Source of the DNA: Gemmatimonadota bacterium
Lineage (GTDB): Bacteria; Latescibacterota; UBA2968; UBA8231
DNA length: 63,381 nucleotides
Assembly: GCA_002712305.1 (NCBI GenBank)
Contig: PATE01000062.1
Coordinates: 1-63,381, forward strand
Reading direction: 5' to 3'
Shown here: positions 46,421-55,054 of the stretch, in pieces
How the letters are laid out: every line of letters begins with the position of its first letter
Position numbering within the stretch: position 1 is the stretch's first letter
The notes under the pieces: generated by a model
What the model was told of the DNA's origin: nothing
Databases searched by the model: none
What the model saw: only the letters and a program-made list of their open reading frames with translations
Made by a program: the position numbers and the translations under genes

Positions 46421-47461
46421 ATGAGTCTCATGGCGATTCATGCCGGCGACGACAAGGATCAGTCTGAGGAAGAGGATCCTGTCCTCCATAAAGTGGCCAT
46501 TCTCATGGTCGCCCTCGGTGAGGATGCGTCCAGTCAGGTGATGAAGTTTCTAAGCGACTACGAGATCGAGGAAATCACCCAGGCCATCGCCAGTCTCGGA
46601 ACCATCAGCTCCAAGCTCATCGACACGGTGCTTGAGGACTTCCAACATTATCTGCTCGCTGGGGAGTGGCTGGCCCAGGGTGGAACCGACTTTGCCCGCG
46701 AGGTACTCGAGCGCGCCGTGGGGCCGCGCAAGGCGCAGGAGATTCTGGATCGCGTCAACACCAAGGTGAGTTCCGGGTTCTACATCTTGAAGAATGTGGC
46801 GCCCCAGCAGATCGCCCCCTTCATCGCCAACGAACATCCCCAGACCATCGCACTAGTTCTGTCTCAACTCGATGCTGATCCGGCGGCGGGGATCCTGTCT
46901 CACCTGCCCGAATTCATGCAGGCCGATGTAGCCTATCGAATTGCGTCGATGGAGAATCTCACGCCCAATGTCCTGAAGCAGATCGAGGAGAGTCTTGAGT
47001 CCTCGCTCAAGGACATTCTGGGAGGCAACCAGGATGTGGGTGGCACGAAGGTTGTGGCCGACATCCTCAACCTCACGGGAACCTCGGTCGAGAAAAACGT
47101 CCTCGACATCATGGATGGCACCGATCCCGAGATCGCCGAAGAGGTTCAGAATCAGATGTTCGTCTTCGGCGACCTGGTGAAGCTTACGGACCGCGAACTC
47201 CAGTTGCTGATGAAGGAGGTCGAGCAGAAAGACCTCGTCGTGGCCATGAAACGCGCCGAAGAGGAACTGAAGGACACGATCCTCGGCAACATGTCCGAGC
47301 GCGTGAGAACGTTCATCACCGAAGAGATGGAATTTCTGGCCCCCATGCGTCTGAGTGAGGTGGAGGAGGTCCAAGTGCGTATTGTCCAACAGTGCCGCCA
47401 GCTCGAAGATCAGGGGCAGGTCGTGATCACACGCGGCGACGCCAACGAGCAGTTCGTCTAG
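46421..47461 (+). CDS. fliG: Flagellar motor switch protein FliG
   Basis: 346 aa. VAILMVALGEDASSQVMKFL, NEHPQTIALVLSQL, MFVFGDL (MFxF) and the C-terminal torque-helix region ...MRLSEVEEVQVRIVQQCRQLEDQG. Confidence 0.9.
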   Translation: MSLMAIHAGDDKDQSEEEDPVLHKVAILMVALGEDASSQVMKFLSDYEIEEITQAIASLGTISSKLIDTVLEDFQHYLLAGEWLAQGGTDFAREVLERAVGPRKAQEILDRVNTKVSSGFYILKNVAPQQIAPFIANEHPQTIALVLSQLDADPAAGILSHLPEFMQADVAYRIASMENLTPNVLKQIEESLESSLKDILGGNQDVGGTKVVADILNLTGTSVEKNVLDIMDGTDPEIAEEVQNQMFVFGDLVKLTDRELQLLMKEVEQKDLVVAMKRAEEELKDTILGNMSERVRTFITEEMEFLAPMRLSEVEEVQVRIVQQCRQLEDQGQVVITRGDANEQFV

Positions 47462-47588
47462 GCATTTTCTCGTTAGATCATATAGGCATTTGAGTCTGTG
47501 GTTCCGCAGGACAGGCTGTTCATGTGCGTTGGAGAGAGACTGCCTCTACATTCTCTCTCGTCGCCCGTAACCTCGCCTCCATTGACCG

Positions 47589-48563
47589 ATGTCGATGCCA
47601 CCTCTGCCAGAACTCCTCCCCCTGACGCCCTATCTGCGAGAGATGGTGTGGGGTGGTCGTCGCCTGGGCAACCTCTACGGCAAGCCGCTGCCTGCGGGGC
47701 AGTCCATTGGTGAGTCCTGCGAACTGTCAGCCCTGCCCGGAAGAGACACCGTTGTCGCGGACGGCCTGATGGCCGGTCGAGGCCTGCTGAGTCTACACCG
47801 CGAATTTGGAGCCCAACTCGTCGGCGAAGAGGTCTCGGAGCGCTACGGCTCTGATTTTCCACTCCTGATCAAACTCATCGACGCGCACGATGATCTGTCC
47901 ATTCAAGTCCACCCCGATGACGCGTATGCGCAGTCTCGCGACCTGGGCGTTTTTGGGAAGACCGAAGCATGGGTCGTTCTCCATTCAGAGGATGGACGCA
48001 TTGCCCTCGGCCTGGAGCCCGGTGTCGATGAAACGGCACTGAGACAGGCCATCGGGGACGGCGAAGCCGAGCGTGTTGTTCGTTTTCAGGCGGTCTCCGC
48101 AGGCGACGTGGTCTATCTGCCTGCGGGAACCGTTCACGCTCTGTGTCGAGGCGTTCTGATCTACGAGGTACAGCAGTCGAGTGACATCACATTCAGACTC
48201 TACGACTATGATCGTGCGGGTGTTGATGGTGAGAAACGAGAGCTCCATATCGATCACGGGTTGGCCGTCACCGATTTCGATGCCCATCCCGAACCTACGC
48301 GAACACCTTCTGATTCATCACGTACCACACTCCTCGACGCCGAGTACTTCCGCCTGGAGCTCTTTCAAGGTGAGCCAGGGGTCATCGAGACAGGGGCGAG
48401 TTTCGCCGCCGTCACGGTCGTTGAGGGTGGGGTGACACTGGAGGGGAGTGAGCAGTCTCATCTCCTGGCTGTAGGCGGCTCTGCCATGATCCGTGCCGGG
48501 ACCCGGGTCCGTGTCATTCCGGCGTCCGGTGCCCGTTGTCTGGTGGCAACACCAGCGGTGTGA
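47589..48563 (+). CDS. manA: Class I mannose-6-phosphate isomerase
   Basis: 324 aa. YLREMVWGGRRL, FPLLIKLIDAHDDLSIQVHPDD, GKTEAWVVL and YLPAGTVHAL. Confidence 0.85.
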   Translation: MSMPPLPELLPLTPYLREMVWGGRRLGNLYGKPLPAGQSIGESCELSALPGRDTVVADGLMAGRGLLSLHREFGAQLVGEEVSERYGSDFPLLIKLIDAHDDLSIQVHPDDAYAQSRDLGVFGKTEAWVVLHSEDGRIALGLEPGVDETALRQAIGDGEAERVVRFQAVSAGDVVYLPAGTVHALCRGVLIYEVQQSSDITFRLYDYDRAGVDGEKRELHIDHGLAVTDFDAHPEPTRTPSDSSRTTLLDAEYFRLELFQGEPGVIETGASFAAVTVVEGGVTLEGSEQSHLLAVGGSAMIRAGTRVRVIPASGARCLVATPAV

Positions 48564-48646
48564 TGACGCCGAAAGAAGCCAGCCTGCGTACCAGCAGCAC
48601 CAGTAGTCTGCAACTGAGCAACACTGAACCCAACAAGGGAGAACAC

Positions 48647-49762
48647 GTGTCCCAGGGACTCAAATTCGTGATCCGTGCCGGCGGTGTAGGTACTCGCCTC
48701 TGGCCATATAGCCGTCAGGCGCGACCGAAGCAGTTTCACGCCATGGCAGGAGACCGCACGATGTTGCAGGAGGCCGTCGATCGAATCCTGCCCATCGCCG
48801 GGATGGATGACATCTTCGTCTCCACCGGAACCGCACAGGCCCATCTGGTCCGTCAGCAATTGCCGCAGCTACGCGATGATCATCTGATCGTCGAACCCGC
48901 CTTGCGAAACACGGGGCCCGCCGTGGCACTCGAATGCGCCCTGCTGGCGGCCCGTTGGCCGGGGTGCACGATCGCTTCGCTCGGATCCGATCACTACATC
49001 GGCAAGCCCGACGAGTTCTGTGGACTGCTGGAGGCGGCATTCGCAGCCTGCGAAGAGCATCCGGAGTATCTCTACACGATCGGTGTGAAACCTGTGCGAC
49101 CCGAGACGGGGTACGGTTATATCCGCAAGGGCCAGGTCATGTGCCGGGCCACGGGTCTGGCGGGTCTGGGCGGCGAGACTCCCGTCTATGAGGTGACGGA
49201 GTTCACCGAGAAACCGGACGAGGCGACGGCTGTTGGGTATGCGAACAGTGGGGAGTATCTGTGGAACACGAATATGTTCGTCTGGCGGGCCGACACCGTG
49301 ATGGATCTATTCGCTACCCATGAGCCCGACATTCACGAGCGCGCCCTCCGGATTGGCGCCGCCAGTGGCGAGGCGAGGGCGCTCACGGAGGTGATCGAAC
49401 GTGAATACCCACAGATGAAGGCCATCGCCGTCGATAACGCCATCATCGAACCGGCACCTCATGTGGCGACGCTGGAAGGCGAACTCAACTGGGGGGACAT
49501 CGGCAGCTGGGCGGCGCTGACGGATGTGCTGGCCGCCGACGAAGACGGGAATCTGCTGAAAGGCAATGTGGTCACCATCGACAGTGGCAATGTTACCGTC
49601 TACGGTGGAAGCGACGAGAAGGTCGTCGCTCTGGTCGGTGTCGACGATCTGGTCGTCGTGGACACCCCAGATGCCCTGCTCGTTTGCCGCAAGCAGGACG
49701 CCCAGCGTGTCCGGGATGTTCTGGATCGACTTCAGGATGGAGATCAGTCCAGGTTCGCCTAA
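48647..49762 (+). CDS. Mannose-1-phosphate guanylyltransferase (nucleotidyltransferase family)
   Basis: FVIRAGGVGTRLWPYSR (GxGxRLxP) and ...VDNAIIEP.... The start was chosen at GTG 48647 (AAGGGAG upstream). An ATG at ~48563 overlapping the manA stop is the alternative. Confidence 0.75.
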   Translation: MSQGLKFVIRAGGVGTRLWPYSRQARPKQFHAMAGDRTMLQEAVDRILPIAGMDDIFVSTGTAQAHLVRQQLPQLRDDHLIVEPALRNTGPAVALECALLAARWPGCTIASLGSDHYIGKPDEFCGLLEAAFAACEEHPEYLYTIGVKPVRPETGYGYIRKGQVMCRATGLAGLGGETPVYEVTEFTEKPDEATAVGYANSGEYLWNTNMFVWRADTVMDLFATHEPDIHERALRIGAASGEARALTEVIEREYPQMKAIAVDNAIIEPAPHVATLEGELNWGDIGSWAALTDVLAADEDGNLLKGNVVTIDSGNVTVYGGSDEKVVALVGVDDLVVVDTPDALLVCRKQDAQRVRDVLDRLQDGDQSRFA

Positions 49763-49807
49763 CCTGGCCCCTGGGCCGGGCAGCCGGGACGTCGACGACC
49801 CCGGCTG

Positions 49808-50971
49808 CTAGCGGGCAGCAGCTTTCTCTTGAACCATCGCACAGATTCTCTCGACACCTTCCCGAACCATGTCATCGGGAGAGGCGATGGAGATTCGCAC
49901 GTGGTCGGCACACATCTGTCCAAAGGTGCTGCCCGGCGCCACGGCGACCTTGTGTTTTGCGATGAGTTCCATGGCAAAATCCCGCGATTCCATTCCCGAC
50001 GCTGAGATATCGATCAGGAGATAGAAGGCGCCCCCGGGTGTGTAGCGATACATGTCGTGGGCCCGCAGAACCTCCAGGGCGATATCGCGGCGGCGTTGAT
50101 AGGCGTCGCGCATCTCGACGACACACTCCTGCGGGCCATCGAGCGCGTCGGCGGCGGCCATCTGCGAGAAACCCACACCACAGGAGACCAGCGGCTCCTG
50201 CAGCTTGCTGGCCATTTCCACATACTCGGTGCAGGCCCGGGTGAAACCGACTCGGTAGCCCGTCATGGCATACGACTTCGACATGCCCGTCACGAGCAGG
50301 ACCCGTCCATCAGGATCATGGGCAGCGGCACTGACGTGATCGACGCCGTCAAAGATGATCTCTCCGTAGATCTCATCGGCCAGAACCCACAGATCATGGC
50401 GACGTGCCAGATCCATTAACTGTTGGGTCAACTCCTCGTCGTACACCTGTCCTGTCGGGTTCGATGGGCTGCACAACAAGAGCAACTTCGTTCGCTCGGT
50501 GATCAAGGACTCGATCTGTTCTACATCGGGCAGGAAGTTGTTCTGGGCCGTCAGATTGTAGAACACGTTGCTGCCGTGAAAGAGGGGGACCGCCATGGAG
50601 TAGTTCGGCCAACCGGGATCGGGCAGCAACACTTCGTCCCCCGGTTCCACCAGGGATAGAAAGGCGGTGGCGACACTCAGCACCGCCCCCTGCGTGACCA
50701 GAATGTTCTCTGGTTCGGTGGTCACACCGGTCTTGCCCTGCACGTACCGCGCAACGGCGTCGCGCAACTCGTTGGTCCCCGCATTGGGGACGTACCGCGT
50801 GTGGCCGGCCCGCGCGTGCCGACAGGTGGCCTCGACAATGTGAGGAGGGGTGTCGAAGTCGGGTTGCCCCACCTCGAGGTGGATGGCGCCTGGCGTCGCC
50901 CAGGCGATATCCATGATCTCACGGATTCCAGAACGGGGAATGGCGGTCGGTGCCGCAGCAAAGGGCTTCAT
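49808..50971 (-). CDS. Class I/II pyridoxal-phosphate aminotransferase (aspartate aminotransferase-like)
   Basis: 387 aa from ATG 50971 (the ORF track extends to 51310). LLCSPSNPTGQVY and GMSKSYAMTGYRVGF (PLP-Lys). The start overlaps the upstream stop by 1 nt (TGATG). Confidence 0.85.
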   Translation of the reverse strand: MKPFAAAPTAIPRSGIREIMDIAWATPGAIHLEVGQPDFDTPPHIVEATCRHARAGHTRYVPNAGTNELRDAVARYVQGKTGVTTEPENILVTQGAVLSVATAFLSLVEPGDEVLLPDPGWPNYSMAVPLFHGSNVFYNLTAQNNFLPDVEQIESLITERTKLLLLCSPSNPTGQVYDEELTQQLMDLARRHDLWVLADEIYGEIIFDGVDHVSAAAHDPDGRVLLVTGMSKSYAMTGYRVGFTRACTEYVEMASKLQEPLVSCGVGFSQMAAADALDGPQECVVEMRDAYQRRRDIALEVLRAHDMYRYTPGGAFYLLIDISASGMESRDFAMELIAKHKVAVAPGSTFGQMCADHVRISIASPDDMVREGVERICAMVQEKAAAR

Positions 50972-51762
50972 CAGCGCAGGTGAATCCCTGGCCCCGTGGA
51001 CCCGATCATCTGCACCGTATTGTAGATCGAAGCCGGCGTGCTGGCTCCCGTGACTCCTGTGATGGCTTCCACGCGCTCCACGTGCAGCTCCACACCGGGC
51101 GCCTTGGCATGGATGGCGACGGTCGCGTCGCTCCAGGCCGGATCCACGAGCAGCAACGAGTGCGTGCGATCGAAGCCGATTCCTGCATACGCGATGGCTG
51201 CATGGGTATTCACATTGCGGGGGAACATGGGACAGATCCCCCGAGTTGGCCCGTCGTAAAGACAGGTCTCTTCCGTGATACTGTCTGGATCGACGCCTGC
51301 GGCGGCGCAATCAACGTTCTTCGGCGGCTTCTTCATCACCACGTCGACGCTTTCCCAGATGTCACGATTTTCCAGCAATGCATCCATGCCCACGACGCCA
51401 CCATGGGGGACGAAGGCACGCGTTCCATATTTGGCGGTGGCCTCCTCGATCCCGGTCTCCACCTCTCGGTCGGCCAGTGCGGTGACGGAGATGAACATGT
51501 AGTTCGTCTTCTCGAGGATTGTCGTCCCCCATTTACGGGTGACATCGGGATGGGCCATCTCCACGACGAGGTCTGCGCCACGGCTGTCGAAGTCAGCGAG
51601 ATCCGTCAAGGCTAGGTCCCCAAGATCGTCCAGTCTGCTCGTATCCGCGTCATGGATGAAAACCACCTCCATGCCGTTATCGTTCGAGGTAATCATGTCA
51701 CGTACCGCCTGACCGATCAGGCCGTAGCCGACCAGACCGACACGCGTCGTTGTCGCTGCCAT
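50971..51762 (-). CDS. L-aspartate dehydrogenase (NadX/DUF108) family protein
   Basis: 263 aa. VGLVGYGLIGQAV, VMKKPPKN and MFPRNVNTHAAIAYAG match the NadX pattern. Confidence 0.7.
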   Translation of the reverse strand: MAATTTRVGLVGYGLIGQAVRDMITSNDNGMEVVFIHDADTSRLDDLGDLALTDLADFDSRGADLVVEMAHPDVTRKWGTTILEKTNYMFISVTALADREVETGIEEATAKYGTRAFVPHGGVVGMDALLENRDIWESVDVVMKKPPKNVDCAAAGVDPDSITEETCLYDGPTRGICPMFPRNVNTHAAIAYAGIGFDRTHSLLLVDPAWSDATVAIHAKAPGVELHVERVEAITGVTGASTPASIYNTVQMIGSTGPGIHLR

Positions 51763-51993
51763 CTTCTTCTCCTCTATTTCTCTTAGGACGCCGGACGCGG
51801 TCGCTATCGCTCTTGTCCGGCATCGGGATTGCTCAATGCGGAGGGCTGAGGAATATACATGCAGTCGTGCGTACTCGTCGAATCATGGCGGCTCACAAGA
51901 TGTTGTGTTCAACCTCGCATCGGTACACAAAAAAGTATCGTAACTGTAAAGACCGCAAAGTCTTAGCCGATATAAGGAGCGAAGGTCTACACT

Positions 51994-52869
51994 GTGACCT
52001 TCAGACAGAAACAGAAGATGGCAGGCCTGGTCGGCGCTGTCGGAGGCGTGCTCTTACTCGTCGCCGTCGGTGGTCTGATCGGCCGATGGGTGCTCACCCC
52101 TGCTCAACCAGCTCGGGTGGCCGACGTATCGGAAGAAAGGTCCGTTGAGGCGGGCACAGATTCCCATACGACGGCGTCAGGTCTCCGTACAACGGCGTCA
52201 GGGGCACCTGTTCTCGCCATCCCGCGGCCAAAGCCCATACAGGCGGCGGCGATGGCGGGGGTGATGGGTGCCGCAACGGCACCATCAGAGATGGCGGCGG
52301 ACACCGTCACGATGAGGAGCACAGCGTCAAGCGGGACCGATGAAATGGCCCACTACCCACTCGGGGTGGGGCGCTACTGGGTTTATCTTTACCACGAGCG
52401 TGACACAGAGGTGGTCACCGAGGTAGAGCGCCAGATCGTGCGTCAGGAAGCCAGACAGGGCGCCAGCGATCTGTTTTTCTTCGCCGATGGCACCATCGCC
52501 TACGCCGAAGAAGGCAAGATCTACGAGATGGGGTCGAATGGCGGGGTGAACATCATCCCCATTGAGAAGCCATCGGCCAGCGGCCCCATCAGATACCGCA
52601 GCCAGGGGCTGCAGATTGAGAAGTGGGTCGCAGCGAACGATACAGCCGTCGTCATCGACGGTCATCGTTTCGAACGTTGTCTGGAGGTGGTCACCAGATT
52701 TCGCCCTGATGAGTCAGGTGGAAACGAGGTGTCCTACTCTTCTTTTTACGCCTCCGGGATCGGCCTGGTGGGGCGCCAACAGTGGCCAACGGATGCTTCG
52801 GGCACCCTGGCCGTGACCTTGAGTGAGTACGGAACTCGCCAACCGCCATCCACCGACGGACAATTATGA
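51994..52869 (+). CDS. Hypothetical membrane-anchored protein (operon gene 1 of 3)
   Basis: 291 aa with a GTG start (an ATG at 52018 is the alternative). One N-terminal TM (GLVGAVGGVLLLVAVGGLIG), an Ala/Ser/Thr-rich linker and a ~170-aa C-terminal beta-rich domain (HYPLGVGRYWVYLY...). No family recognised. Confidence 0.55.
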   Translation: MTFRQKQKMAGLVGAVGGVLLLVAVGGLIGRWVLTPAQPARVADVSEERSVEAGTDSHTTASGLRTTASGAPVLAIPRPKPIQAAAMAGVMGAATAPSEMAADTVTMRSTASSGTDEMAHYPLGVGRYWVYLYHERDTEVVTEVERQIVRQEARQGASDLFFFADGTIAYAEEGKIYEMGSNGGVNIIPIEKPSASGPIRYRSQGLQIEKWVAANDTAVVIDGHRFERCLEVVTRFRPDESGGNEVSYSSFYASGIGLVGRQQWPTDASGTLAVTLSEYGTRQPPSTDGQL

Positions 52870-54017
52870 TGTCACATCCTCCCCATCCAGTTGCCAGACC
52901 CCCGGCTCGTGGTCTATGCACGATCCAGGCCGGTGTCTCCTGGCTTGCCCGCTCATCGGGGCTCCACGTCGCGACACTGTGGCTGTTGTCACTGGCGCTC
53001 GGGTTTCTCCCTGCCGAGACGTCCGCCTCCACGGCGATCGCAAAAGTGAGTGCCGTCGATGGTGCCGAGGTGATCATTGATGCAGGTCGCGCAGACGGGC
53101 TGACCGAAACCGCCAAGGTGACCTTGCTGCGCGAAGGCGACCCCATCGCCCATCCCCTGACCGGCGAAGTGCTGGGCATCCCCCAGGAGCCGGTCGGCAC
53201 GGTCCACATCTATGAGGTGGACGATCACAGTGCCCGTGGTGGTCTGGTGAAAATGTATTCCGATCCACTCGTGGGTGATCTCGCCGAGTTCAAGCCGACC
53301 ATGGTCGCGGCGAAACCCGCACCTGCTCCGGAAGTGGAGCAGGTCAAGGAGCGGGTCGAGAAGCTAAGTCAGAACGTGGAGGAGTATCGCCGCCGCAGCG
53401 AACAGAGGCTGGGCACGTATCCAGATTTCGCCCGACGCGTCCTCGATGAGATCGCGGCGATGAAATCGTATCTGGTCTCTCTCGACGGGCGGATGGTAGA
53501 GCTCGAGGAACAACAAAACGAGCATCACTTCCGGCTGTCTTCGGTTCTCAGCGGCGAGTATCGCCAGGAGGACATGAAAGAATTCACCATTCGGTACGCT
53601 CCTGACACGCAGGTTCGGCTGCGTGCAGCGGGCAAGACGCTGATGATCGACGTCGTGGCCGACTCACTTCGCATGACCCCTGTCCCAGGGGAATCAGTCG
53701 CCATGGCCGACAGTGAAGCCGATGGCGATGGTCCGGGCCTGTTGAGCATGTTTTTCGGTAGCGATGACGAGCCCGAATCCATCGATGATGTGGAGATGTC
53801 CACGGAAACACCGATGGACATGGGTGACGCCGAGGTGCCCTGGTACACGAGTGTCTATCATCTCGCCGCGGGCGTTGGGTTGATCCTGGCACTCCTCATC
53901 ATGGTCTTCCTGGTGATCAAGCGCCGATACTCAGATGTGGATGGACTCGATGATTTCGACGACGAATACGAAGGGTATCTGGACGACGAGGAGGAGGAGG
54001 ATAAAGATGAATACTAG
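52866..54017 (+). CDS. Hypothetical exported coiled-coil protein with C-terminal TM and acidic tail (operon gene 2 of 3)
   Basis: 383 aa with an ATGA overlap with gene 1. Signal-like ...VATLWLLSLALGFLPAETSAS, a small beta-domain (AKVSAVDGAEVIIDAGRADGL...GTVHIYEVDDHSARG) and a coiled-coil region (EVEQVKERVEKLSQNVEEYRRRSEQ...). A TM helix follows (AAGVGLILALLIMVFLVI), then DDFDDEYEGYLDDEEEEDKDEY. Confidence 0.55.
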   Translation: MMSHPPHPVARPPARGLCTIQAGVSWLARSSGLHVATLWLLSLALGFLPAETSASTAIAKVSAVDGAEVIIDAGRADGLTETAKVTLLREGDPIAHPLTGEVLGIPQEPVGTVHIYEVDDHSARGGLVKMYSDPLVGDLAEFKPTMVAAKPAPAPEVEQVKERVEKLSQNVEEYRRRSEQRLGTYPDFARRVLDEIAAMKSYLVSLDGRMVELEEQQNEHHFRLSSVLSGEYRQEDMKEFTIRYAPDTQVRLRAAGKTLMIDVVADSLRMTPVPGESVAMADSEADGDGPGLLSMFFGSDDEPESIDDVEMSTETPMDMGDAEVPWYTSVYHLAAGVGLILALLIMVFLVIKRRYSDVDGLDDFDDEYEGYLDDEEEEDKDEY

Positions 54018-54954
54018 TCGAGTGATCCTCTCCGGGCGATTCCTCTTTGCCCGCCTCGTTTGCCTGGCCATGGTGGCGAGTCTGGCCTATTTCGGGCCGG
54101 CAGTGGCCGATGAGATGACGGAGCCGGGCATGAACTACGTCATAAAGGTGACACCCACCCTGGCCTATCTGGACGTTGGCCAAGCGACAGGCGCCACCAT
54201 CGGTGCAGAATACGTCGTAATGCGAGTTGATGATGACGACGACGACATGATGATGGTCGTCGGTGAGGTCAGGGTCCTTCGCGTTTACGCCAGCTTCTCG
54301 ATCGCTGAGATCACATCTATCGAGCCGAACCAGGAAATCGCTGTTCTTCAGCGAGTGGTCCCGCGCGGTGATGCGATGGCGATGGAAGCGATGCACCGCG
54401 GCGACGACCAGATGGAGGGTCCGGCTCGACCCCGGCGCGATCCGGGTACACTGACCCGATCTCTCGTGCTGCTGGGTGGAATGGATCTGTCGAAGAGCTC
54501 TGATCTGACGTGGCGTGTGAACGCGTTGGCAAAGGCAGAAGACGTGTCCGGTCCCGCCATCGCCGTCCGACTCGGCCGGATGCTCAACAACAAGCTCCGT
54601 CTGGCACTGACATACCGACTCTCCGGTGAGCACCTCGGCCCGTCGGATGCGGAAGTGACACAGTTGTCGGCGGAACTCGATGCCCACATCCTGTTCCGTG
54701 GTGTCGGCAAGGCAGGCCCCTACATCGGTTTCGGTGGCGGATTGCACCTGCTCAGCTGGGATGCGCCGAATGACGCGATCGACGATAGCGCCATCAAGAC
54801 CGGATTCAACGCGCTTGGGGGTCTCGATATCCCTGTTGGTGACGGTAGCTGGAGCGTGATCGCCGAGGGTGGCTATCAGGGCGTGACGAAATGGGCAGCT
54901 ATGCTCGACGCGAGTCACGTACGCGCCTACGTCGGACTGGGACGCAACTTCTAA
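54007..54954 (+). CDS. Hypothetical outer-membrane beta-barrel protein with N-terminal small beta-domain (operon gene 3 of 3)
   Basis: 315 aa from ATG 54007 (11-nt overlap with gene 2). Signal peptide (LFARLVCLAMVASLAYFGPAVA), a domain YVIKVTPTLAYLDVGQATGATIGAEYVV...VGEVRVLRVYASFSIAEI and a C-terminal ~170 aa of alternating strands ending ...VRAYVGLGRNF. Confidence 0.55.
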   Translation: MNTSRVILSGRFLFARLVCLAMVASLAYFGPAVADEMTEPGMNYVIKVTPTLAYLDVGQATGATIGAEYVVMRVDDDDDDMMMVVGEVRVLRVYASFSIAEITSIEPNQEIAVLQRVVPRGDAMAMEAMHRGDDQMEGPARPRRDPGTLTRSLVLLGGMDLSKSSDLTWRVNALAKAEDVSGPAIAVRLGRMLNNKLRLALTYRLSGEHLGPSDAEVTQLSAELDAHILFRGVGKAGPYIGFGGGLHLLSWDAPNDAIDDSAIKTGFNALGGLDIPVGDGSWSVIAEGGYQGVTKWAAMLDASHVRAYVGLGRNF

Positions 54955-54974
54955 GCTCCGTCGATGTCAGAAGA

Positions 54975-55023
54975 AAAAAGGCTCTCCAGGTCGCATCGCA
55001 CGATGCACCTGGAGAGCCTTTTT
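54975..55023. terminator. Bidirectional rho-independent terminator between convergent genes
   Basis: AAAAAGGCTCTCCAGGT (54975-54991) pairs perfectly with ACCTGGAGAGCCTTTTT (55007-55023). The loop itself is partly self-complementary. An A-tract lies upstream and a T-tract downstream. Confidence 0.85.
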
Positions 55024-55054
55024 CCGTTCTACCTTGTGATGAATGCCATAGACG

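Noticed and set aside
51994-54954. The three-gene envelope operon could be an analog of flagellar outer-ring proteins (FlgO/FlgP/FlgT type), given the fliG 5 kb upstream.
   Set aside because: The idea rests only on vague architectural similarity. No motif-level match could be made by eye, and fliG is separated from the operon by unrelated metabolic genes. It stays as an unassigned envelope module.
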